64,000 bases of DNA from Lama glama (taxonomy: Eukaryota), in the NCBI GenBank assembly GCA_028534125.1, contig CM052817.1, positions 73,100,001 through 73,164,000 of the forward strand, read 5' to 3'. The notes beneath the pieces were generated by a model that had not been told where the DNA came from, did no database searches, and was given only the letters and a program-made list of their open reading frames with translations. Positions 54,632 through 64,000 of the stretch are shown piece by piece. Made by a program: the position numbers and the translations under genes. Positions within the stretch are counted from its first letter, which is position 1. The number at the start of each line of letters is the position of its first letter.

Positions 54632-54727
54632 GGTATTTCCACATCACTTGGTATATTGGCAGACATCTTTGTTTCCATGAGCAAGAATGATTTTGAGAAG
54701 TTTAAAAACAATCCTGAAATTAACTTG
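54632..54727 (+). CDS. ALPK1: ALPK1 coding exon 7 (exon 9), aa 234-265
   Basis: tttccttacag acceptor; [32 protein letters not shown]; donor TTG/gtaatt. Confidence 0.97.
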
Positions 54728-55629
54728 GTAATTATCATTTGTCAAAACCATCGTGCAGAGTGGCATCACCTAGAAAACTGTCACTGTTATTCTTGGTGCT
54801 TGGTTAGTTCTCTCTCCAGGAGTCAGGGAGCTCGGGGTCTCCCCTCTTCGAGTAATGTGAGCAGTCCTGGGGACAGTTCCAATGGTGTGCTGTTTGGCTT
54901 TAATATCCCAGCATCTCGCACAGTACCAGGCCTACAGAGGATACTGAAAAAAAAAAAAAAAAAAGACTGATGAAAGAGTGACTGAATGAATGAAATCAGA
55001 GTGATAAATACTTCGAACCTCATGATTTCCTTTCAAATTATCACAACATTTAGTTTCCACACTTGGGCTATCTCATTGATAAAGCAGGGGGGTAATAATT
55101 TTAAAACCTTAATTACCATCTGTTCAAATCAGAGTGTCAGTCACTTGTCCAGGCTCTTATCCGTAATAATAAAGATTATGAACATTTATTTATTGCTCTG
55201 TAACAAAAAGCATATGTATATGTGTGTATGATCCACATATACCTACAAGATAAGCAGAGCAAAATGTTTTATTCCCATTTTAGAGAAAAATAAACTAAGG
55301 TTCAGAGAAACTAAATGACCTCTTCAGTTTCCACAATCAGTGAGAAAGAGAACTGGGAGCAAAAGCCAGTCTCTAAACAGTCCGGAGCGTTAGCACAGAC
55401 ATTGACTGCCTGCCCTGCACTGAAATTGAGGTTTTTTAATCATATCATCCGTATTGCCTTTTTTAAAGCTACCAAAGCAACAGTAGTAACTATACTCAAC
55501 ACTAGTTAGTGTAGCACAAGAACACATACAGCTTGCTGCTAGCAGTCTGAATCTTAGCAAAATGTTGCTTTTGCTGTCGGGCAGACCGAAACACAAGAGA
55601 AGGGTTATATCCCCCGTTCAGTGAAGTTG

Positions 55630-55890
55630 TCTCTGATGACTATTTAAAACTGCAAACTGCCCTTCCACCCTGGTCCTCCCTGCCCCTTCCCACTTTATAT
55701 TTGTCTGCAACCCTTATCGCCATCTTGAATACTATGCCTTTTACATATTTGGTGTATTGACTGATCCCCTCCCCTCAAAAGAAAACAAGTTCATTGCAGG
55801 CTCACAGTCTGCACTCTCTTTTGTGGCTAGAACAGTACATAGCACATGGAGGTACTCAATACGTATTTCCAGAATAAATGAATGAATCTT
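55630..55890 (+). mobile_element. L2a 3' end
   Basis: ctagaacagtacatagcacatggaggtactcaata...aataaatgaatgaat. Confidence 0.75.
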
Positions 55891-56281
55891 AATTGCTGTG
55901 AAATAATACATTAAAGGGCTCTTTACCAAGAACAATGCAGAAATCATCAGTGAATCTGACTATAAAACATGCGGAGTTCTGCAAACAAAGAACTGCACGA
56001 TCCTCCAAAGAAACTTGCCTGAATTATTTTGCACAGGCAGGCATTGTGAATGTTTATACATATTAGGCCTTCTCTGCAGTGCGGGTTGGGGATGGATGGT
56101 ATATGGGTGTAGGGGAGACCTGGACAGTCTTTTGACCCACTTACTGTCTCTGAAATGATTGGGATGAGGGGCAGGGCATCCCTCAGCATCCTGAAAGAAA
56201 AGCAAAGGAATTGTACGGCCTGTCTTTTGCTAATGGATAAATAACTGTCAGCAATGCACTCAGCCTCCTGTTTTCTCACAG

Positions 56282-56386
56282 GGCTTGCTGAAGGAGTTTG
56301 ACCATCATCTGCTGTCAGCCGCGGAGGCCTGCAAGCTGGCAGCTGCCTTCAGTCCCTACACGCCCCTCTTCGTGCTCACGGCCATG
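56282..56386 (+). CDS. ALPK1: ALPK1 coding exon 8 (exon 10), aa 266-300
   Basis: ttttctcacag acceptor; [35 protein letters not shown]; donor ATG/gtaaat. Confidence 0.97.
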
Positions 56387-56589
56387 GTAAATAGACTACA
56401 GCCCTTCACGCTCCTCTCCCCAGTGTCAGACGTAACCAGTGGAGGGGAAGGTCTAACCTTAAAATAGGCTTGGTGCACATCGTTAGATCGCTGTGGTCAG
56501 ACTTCACGTATGTCAAGGTTTTATCAGTCAGAGTGGTGACACTCTGGTGGGAGCTAAGTCAGTACTGCTGGAGGATATGATGTTATCTG

Positions 56590-56770
56590 CTCCAGAACAA
56601 CAGTCCCCAGGCACACCAGAATCACCTAAAAGCCCTTTCAAAATACATCTTTCTAGGCTCTACCCTCAATCCACTCAGTGTAAGCCCCTGGGATTTCTAC
56701 TCAGAAATCTTTCATTCTGAAATACTGCCCAGGTGATTCAAATGCACAAAAGGGTTTGGAAGCCACTATT
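56590..56770. mobile_element. MER5-like hAT relic
   Basis: cagaatcaccta...cccaggtgattcaaatgcacaaaagggtttggaagccact. Confidence 0.6.
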
Positions 56771-57110
56771 CTATTATTTTGACTATTATTAAATAAATGA
56801 TGTATTTGTATATAGCAAAATTACTATGTCCACGTTCCATGTATAGACTGTGTTTGCTGACACTAACAGTAGCACAGCAACAACGAATCTATCATCAGGG
56901 CCAGTCACATGCATCCTGGTCCCTTCTCCTGATGCATCAAAAAGACCTCAGGTCCTTGATTCAATGTTTGTATATTTTTCTTAGAATACACATGGCACAC
57001 TTTTTTTTCTTAATATTTCTAGTGATTGTCCTCCAGAAATGAGACGTTTTCCCTGACTCATCTCCAGTTTTTAATTCAATGTCTGATTTTGTATCTGGTA
57101 TTTTCCTCAG

Positions 57111-59244
57111 AATATTCGTGGCACGTGCCTGTTGTCATATAGTAGTTCTAATGACTGTCCTGTAGGAGTGAAAAATTCATATCTGTGTGAAGCCAAAGAG
57201 GCCTTTGAGATTGGCCTCCTCACCAAGAAGCGTGATGAAACAGTTACTGGGAAACAGGAGCTCCATAGTTTTCTCAAAGCTGGTTTTGGCCTCACCACAG
57301 TGCACCAGAGACTCCGTGGGGAAACAGAGACAGTCCATGCAGCACGTCAGCTCTGTAGTGAAGCCATGGGAAAGCTGTACACTTTCAGTATGTCCTCCAG
57401 AAGTCAAGAGAGAGAAGCTATCTCTCAGGAAATTATGTCTGTTATCACTTGGGTGAAGGAACATTTACAAGTTCAAGGCTTCTCAAATTTAGACAGCAAG
57501 TCTTATGTTCCAGAGGGTTTCAGCTGTGGGTTGGAGAAACTCGTCTTGCATGGGCAAGTGAATTTCCAAAAAATTCTTGAAACCTATTCACAGCACCATA
57601 CTTCAGTGTGTGAAATATTTAAAAGCACTTGTGGAAACAACAAAAATAAACAGAAAGATACAAAAGTGGGAGTCTGCATCACTGATCTAAAAACAGAAAC
57701 AAAAAACATAGATACTGTGAGTACTACTGAGGACAAACCGCGTTTTGAAAAAGGCATGGTAGTGTCTTCCTCCCAAATGGCTAAGAATGGTCAGGAGAAA
57801 CTCAGAAGGGTAGGAAGGAGAAACTGGACCCGTTCTGATGTATTTCAAGTCTCCGTGGATGAAGAGATGGAGACTGAGGCTGAGTCACCAAACCACAGCA
57901 ATGGTGGGGGAGCTGTCTTGAACAAGTCTCTGAGTAACAGCCAGACCTCCAGTTCTTGGAGCAAGTTATCAGAGTTTAGTTCTTCTACAAGTTGGGAGGA
58001 AGTGAATTATCATGTTGATGATAGGTCAACTAGAAGAGAGCCTAGCAAGGAAGAACATCTTGTGGACACACAGTGTTCCACGGCCTTGTCGGAAGAGCTG
58101 GAGATCACTGGGGAGAGCAGAGCTGTGCATCCACTGTCTTCAGAGCTTCATGAGCTCTCTCTCCAGGTGTCCAAGGATGACAGTTTAGAGTCTTCTCAAA
58201 GTCAGCTACACAAACACATGCCCTTGACAACCTTCCCTCCTCGTAACACAACAGGCACTTTGTTGGCCACGGGTGCAGGTATGTTAGAAGATGCTCCAGA
58301 AGGTATACAGGACTTCAGGCATGCAGGGTCCAGAAATACTTCTGCTTGCCCCAGATCCTCCTCTGGTTCTGCTTCTTGGTCTTCTGGTTCTGCTTGGCCC
58401 AAAAGAAAGGCCACAGATCCTTCAATCCAAGAAGAAGAAACCTTTGAAATAATTGATAAGTTTCCAGAAATTAACAGTGACACCAAAGACAGACATGGAG
58501 AAGAGAAGGGAGAAGAAATCAAAGGAGACATAGGCCCTGCATTTAAAGCTAGCCCCTGCTGGGTTGACCCAGAAGGAGAAACAGCAGAACGAGCAGAAGA
58601 CATGCCCTTAGACTTACATGCAGTCGTGGGCGACTCTTTGGGCCGAAGCTCCACAGTAGCATGTGGCTCTTTCACTCCTCATTGGCCTGTTCAAAATCCT
58701 GACTCTGGGAAAAGCGGTGGCTCAGTCAAAGGGCAGAGTACTGACCCCGACGCCTGCACAGTGGATGAGGAGAGCCAACTGCTGGACGGCGCGGATGTTC
58801 ACCCCACAAGCACACGTGGCTCTTACCGACCTTGTGCTCTGAGACCGCTGTGCGGTCTGCAGGCCGAGATCCCTAATTCCTCAGTAAGAGGTGACATTTC
58901 CATCCCTGTCCTCAGCGAGGACTGTGCTACCACAGAGGAAGCAGATGAACCTGGAAACCTGCTACACTGCAGCCAGAACTCCAGCTCGTCCTCGGCGTGG
59001 TGGTTGAAATCACCTGCACTTTCCAGTGGTTCTTCTGAGGGAGAAAACCCATGGTCCCTTCTGAATTCCAGTGGAAGTTCTTTTGTTTCATTGCCAGGAA
59101 CAACAAGGCAAGAGATCCTTGAGGCTCGTACTCTGCAGCCTGATGACTTTGAAAAACTCTTGGCCGGGGTGAGGCATGACTGGCTGTCCCAGAGACTGGA
59201 GAATACAGGAGTTTTCAAGTCCGGTCAACTCTATGGAGCACACA
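57111..59244 (+). CDS. ALPK1: ALPK1 coding exon 9 (exon 11), 2134-nt giant exon, aa 301-1012: end of N-terminal domain plus Ser/acidic linker
   Basis: ttttcctcag acceptor; [16 protein letters not shown]...[15 protein letters not shown], in frame with ORF 57132-59309; donor CA/gtaagt, phase 1. Confidence 0.98.
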
Positions 59245-59552
59245 GTAAGTACAACATTTCAGGAAGCATCTCTGTGCGTTTGGGGCCCTCTGAAGCTCTT
59301 GTTGTATAGATCACTTAAAGCTCATAAAAGACACAGACCCCTGTTACGCTTTGTGAAGATACAGAGAAATGTGTACTTCAGGGGCCTCCTTCATTGTTTG
59401 TGTGTTGGACTCTAAAGGTTGCAAAGAACAGAGGCTCACTCAAGCCACCTCATACATTGAGGATTGTTGTAAAGACACACAAGGCAGTAAGGAAGCCGAG
59501 AATCTTACAGGACTCGGGAACAGTCATCAGTCAGGTTTAAAACAGCTCAGGG

Positions 59553-59638
59553 AGAATAAAAAATGTTAAAAATAAAATAAAATAAAATAAAATAAAATAA
59601 AATAAAATAAAATAAAATATTCAAAACTTCAAAAAAAA
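59553..59638 (+). mobile_element. 86-bp retroposed tail (extreme L1 3' end plus (AATAA)n) with perfect 14-bp TSD
   Basis: aaaacagctcaggg at 59539-59552 and 59639-59652; tt/aaaa L1 endonuclease site; insert starts agaataaaaaatgttaaaaa. Confidence 0.85.
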
Positions 59639-60129
59639 AAAACAGCTCAGGGTGTCATATCCACTCAGCATCTATCCTGTCCATTGATTCTCACTACCAA
59701 TCAGCTGATTTTTTTTTTTCACATTCCAGTCCTAGGCGGACAGAATGTGACCTAGTTGCACATTATCCTTTCTAGTGGGCAGAGATTTTCACACCTGTCC
59801 ACCTAAGTGGTTCCTTACCAGCCAATTGATTGATCCAGTACCCTGTCCTGTTGCAATTAGCAACTGCTTCCTGCTTAGAGACCCACCTGAGGTCTCTGCC
59901 CAAAGCAGGGAGCCTGGGCTGGGGTCACCCAGCAGTCAGTGCATCTAATACAGCTTAGAAGTGGTGGAGAAGCTTGGAAGAAAACAAAACAAAGTTCTTC
60001 TCTTAGCCCAGAAGATCACAATGTAATGCCCTCCAAGATACTGAAGAATTATTTGAGTGAGAAAAAACCATTGCAGAATGCATTTCAGAGGGAACAACTG
60101 TGTGGATTGCTAAGCACTGGGTACTAAAA

Positions 60130-60310
60130 TAGTAGTTCTCAACACTGGCACCGCATGAGAAGCCCCCCAGGGGCTTTTTAGCTTTTCAAAACTTCCATTG
60201 CCTCACCCCAGAATTTCAATCTAATGGCTCTGCGGAATGGACACAGGCATCCGTATTTTTTAAGAGCTCCCCAGTGACTTCATGTAAAGCCAATGTGGAG
60301 AATTTCTGTT
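60130..60310. mobile_element. MER5-like hAT relic
   Basis: tagtagttctcaacactggc...gctccccagtgacttcatgt...gagaatttctg. Confidence 0.6.
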
Positions 60311-61528
60311 TCAGAGTACTTCAGTGTTTTGCCTGCCGCCACGAAGTCAGGCTAAAATACAGATTAGGTTGTTGCCAAAAGAAGCAAAATTTTCTAATAA
60401 GAGGGTTTCTCTGCTGACTGCAGTTTGAGAATCACATTTCTGAAAGTTAGGTATCTGCTTTATTGTTTTGTCTGTGTGTCAGTGTCTGGGTAAATAAAAC
60501 ATGATGGAGAAAGCAAGACCCAAAGCTGAAGAAACAGAACTAGGGGTACTTCCCTTGCTTCTTCCCCCCAGTTCACTGCCCTCTCTACGTGTGTGTACAA
60601 ACAGCTCACCTTCCATCTCCTTCTCCAGCTTCGCTGATTAAGTCGCCCACTCTGGTCACCATCTCTCCCAACCCCAGTCATCTCCCTCCCCCATCCCAGA
60701 CCTATGGGTTTATCTCACTTTAAGTATTTTCTGTCCTGAGTTTCCTGTTCATTTATCCTTTGTCACAACCTAGACACAGGAGATCCTCGTTCACTTCATT
60801 TTAACTTGGATCCCAAAATGTTGCATTTCTTCCTTAGAGTTCATGTTGGTCTTCCCTCTCAAACAGGTGCTTTCTTGCTAGCACTGGTCTTCCTTTCTTT
60901 AAGGTGGAAACAGCCCTTATTTTTCCTTATATCCTTTCCTTTTTCAGTTGAGTGTGCATCTTTGTACAGTAGCTATATTTTCTCAGTAATTCCTGGACCT
61001 TCCCAATTTAAACAAAATATGTGAGAGAAAATTAAGGTGCATTTGCATATGTAATCTAGGAACCCTGGAGTTGCCAGGAGCCTCTGGGATAAAATTATTC
61101 CATTTATTTTTATCTGTGTGACCTGGCATAAGTGGCAGCCTCTATTATTTGAGGTCCCCAGATGATTAGAAGATGTAAGCACTTTTCAGTTGTTCCAAGA
61201 TGGTCTCTGGGGTTTTGCTGTTTTAAAAGCCCTTTATTTTTCATCACTTTCATACAGAAGTTCTGGTCTTAACACCTTGCCATCACGAACGAGATTTTGT
61301 GAACCAAAGGCTATTCTTCATTGTAATTTCTAAAGCTTTACCTTTGTATTGTACTTCAGTAATTTTTAATAATAGTCATAGAGAAGGATAAAATTTGAGA
61401 AAATATATAAAGAAGTTGAAGATTTCAGATGAGCTGGATTGGTATCTATGTTCCTTCAATTTATCTATGAATTGTAACATCCTTTTGAAAAATAAGATCA
61501 ATACTTCATCTTATCGTTTTTTTCCCAG

Positions 61529-61682
61529 ATGCTCTTTTGTTAAAATATTCCAAGAAATCTGAACTGTGGACAGCCCAGGAAACTGTTGTCTATTTGGGGG
61601 ACTATCTGAATGTGAAGAAGAAAGGCAGACAAAGAAATGCATTTTGGGTTCATCATCTTCATCAAGAAGAAACTCTGGGAAG
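61529..61682 (+). CDS. ALPK1: ALPK1 coding exon 10 (exon 12), aa 1012-1063, start of alpha-kinase domain
   Basis: ttttttcccag acceptor; (N)[50 protein letters not shown](R); donor AG/gtattg. Read manually. Confidence 0.97.
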
Positions 61683-62599
61683 GTATTGTTTAAAAAAAAA
61701 TCTCTATCATTAATGTAAAATGGACTAATCTCCCCCTTCTGTTAAGTTACTGTTTATGAGACTTCAAAAGGACTGGGGAAAATGGCTAAAACTGTATGTT
61801 TTCATAATTTGACTCCTTTTTCCTCGTCCTCATTAATAACAGGTACCACATATGGAGGACCCACATTATGTCAGCCATTGGGCTGGATGTTTTATATACA
61901 TGATTTCAAACCCATTAGGGAACATTAACCTCATTGCACAAATAAGAAAAACAGAGTTCCTGGCCATATGATAGGGCAGAGAGTCTTAAACACTCCTCAC
62001 TAAAAATGGTGGCAAAAAAGGCGAGTTAAACCATGAAGGCCACACTTCTAAGTAAATGGGTGAGGCTACAAAAAAGGCAGAAAAATCCTCTGAGGCCAGG
62101 GAGGAAGCACATCCAGGGATATAAATGAACACTGAACCCTTAAGACACCCGGCGTAGACGTTCTGGGCAGGGGCAGAGTGCAGGAGCAGCTAGTGACCAA
62201 AGTCACACCTGGAAGGGAACGAGCATAGTGACCACCATATAAAGCAGGGACTCAGGAATGGCTCCATCCTCAAGAAAAAGATTAGCTTAAAATATGTCAC
62301 CCAGCTGAGGCAAATAACCTGGAAAATTTTTGTTTGGCCTTAGTTCTTGTTGACAACTTTAAGCAAAAACTCACCTGAAAATTAGTGATCACAGGTGGTC
62401 CTCACTGGGCTTAAGACCTAATTTTATACCATATGTGTAGTTTAAGCCAAGCACCTATAAGCCAAGACTTTTAAAGTAGATCCTGTTGTTTACCTAAATC
62501 CAAATAATCTAAGAAATAAGTAGGACAAGAAAAAAAGAGAGAAATCAGGTGACTCTTAAATAGTAGGAGTACATTTCTTGGAAAGGTGGTTGATGACTG

Positions 62600-62800
62600 T
62601 AACAATAATGGTAAACATGTAAATTTCTTACTATATGCCAAGAAGCCCTGCTTTAAGTCATTTATATACTAATTTAATTAATCCTCACAAAACCCTATGA
62701 GGTAGATACTATTATTACCCCCATTTTACAGATGACGGAACTGAGACACAGAGATGTTAAGGAACTTGCCCCAATTCACACAGCAAAGTGATGGAGCCAA
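62600..62800 (-). mobile_element. MIR SINE
   Basis: aatcctcacaaaaccctatgaggtagatactattattacccccattttacagatgacggaactgag. Confidence 0.85.
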
Positions 62801-62801
62801 T

Positions 62802-63207
62802 TCTTATGGGTAAATTGTGTCCCCACCTCCACCAAATTCAGATGTTGAAGTTATAACCCCAAGTACCTCAGACTGTGATCTTATTTGGAAATAGAATTAT
62901 TACAGCTATAACTAGTTAAGATGAGATCATACTAAGATAGGGTAGTCCACTATGACTGGCATCCTTATAAAAAGAGGAAATTTGGAGATAGACACACACA
63001 GGGAGAATGCATGTGAAAATTGTAGTTATGCTGCCACAAAGCAGGAACTACCCGAAGCCAGGAGAGAGGCCTGGAAAAGATCCTTCTGAGTGCCTTCAGA
63101 GAGGGCAGGGCTCTGCTGACTCCCTGATCTTGGACTTACAGACTCTAGAATTGTGAAGCCACCCAGTTTGTGGCACTTCGTTACAACAATCCTAAGCAAC
63201 TGATACA
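62802..63207 (+). mobile_element. MaLR solo LTR (MLT1B/C-like)
   Basis: tcttatgggtaaattgtgtcccc...cttatttggaaatag...gcaactgataca. Confidence 0.85.
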
Positions 63208-63214
63208 CCAGGAT

Positions 63215-63620
63215 ATATCATAGGAGGATCTGAGATGGGAGATAAAAGAGAGAAGTGACTTGGAAGATGGAGTGAAAGGGTCTATCATATGTCTGATCAG
63301 GAAATGATAACAGAGCAAATAGAAAAAAAAATGACTGTTTTAATAGATAATTTCTGATAATTTCCCAGAATTGCCAAAATACATTAATGTTCAAATACAA
63401 GAATCGCAATGAATCCCAAGTAGGATGGAAAGGGAAGGAGGGAAGAAACTAGAAGAAAGGAAGGCAGGCAGGCAGTCATAAATCCACTGCCAGCTTACAC
63501 AGTCATCAAACCTCAGCACACCAAGGACAAAGAAACAATCTTAAGAACAATCAAAGAAAAAAGAGAGTTTACTGCTAACAAATCTTTACTAAAGAAAAAT
63601 GATGCCAGAAAAATGGTGTA
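63215..63620 (+). mobile_element. Old L1/HAL1 ORF1 remnant
   Basis: ataattttcccagaattg...caaatacaagaatcgcaatgaatcccaagtaggat resembles L1 ORF1. Confidence 0.6.
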
Positions 63621-64000
63621 AGATGCCAGAAGAAATGGGCTTCTGTTCCCAGACTGATGATCCGGTACGTCAGGTTGGAGGTCCTCTGGCAGAATGTTCG
63701 GGAAATGCTCCAGTTCCAGAGCCACAGGGGTTGCTCACAGTTCTGAGCTGGTTCGGAGCCTCTGCAGGCCCAGAGGTGTCCCCTACCAGAAATGCCTGAA
63801 GCCCTGGCAGATGCCCCTGTCATGACAGCCACTCCTGGGCAGGCTGCCTTCCAATGCCATGCAGCCTCCTCCTCTGCAGCCTCCGTGGTCAGATTTCCTT
63901 TCTGATCCTTAGGAGTCTGAATGGCCAAAACTGCAGCCAACTTGGTTTCCATTATCACTTTGTGCTCAGAAATTTCTGGAGAGAGTTGGCTCTGGTTGAG

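Noticed and set aside
58202..59218. Antisense ORFs of 157 and 131 aa over exon 11
   Set aside because: Expected shadow ORFs opposite a long coding exon; no independent evidence.

Overview
Mammalian genomic DNA, most likely a camelid (inferred from a tRNA-Ala-derived Vic-1-type SINE and artiodactyl/camelid-type L1 3' ends). The window lies inside one + strand gene, ALPK1 (alpha-kinase 1, the cytosolic ADP-heptose sensor that phosphorylates TIFA). Ten coding exons (equivalent to human exons 3-12) join at canonical AG/GT boundaries into one open frame of 3188 nt (about 1062 codons). They cover the ligand-binding N-terminal domain, the long disordered linker in a 2134-nt exon, and the start of the alpha-kinase domain. 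The promoter/first non-coding exons and the catalytic exons lie outside the window. The rest is intron containing L1, L2, MIR, MaLR LTR and MER DNA-transposon relics. Nearly all other ORFs in the supplied track are spurious. I found no separate novel multi-gene system. The best leads are inside ALPK1: an array of TIFA-Thr9-like acidic threonine motifs and several LIR-like motifs in the linker, Phe at the ROSAH position 254, a tiny retroposon that puts ten AATAAA hexamers just after the giant exon (possible kinase-less isoform), a uORF switchable by acceptor choice, and an exonic CpG island over the ligand-binding arginines. Human comparisons and repeat family names come from memory, not from alignments, and repeat boundaries are approximate unless a target-site duplication (TSD) is given.
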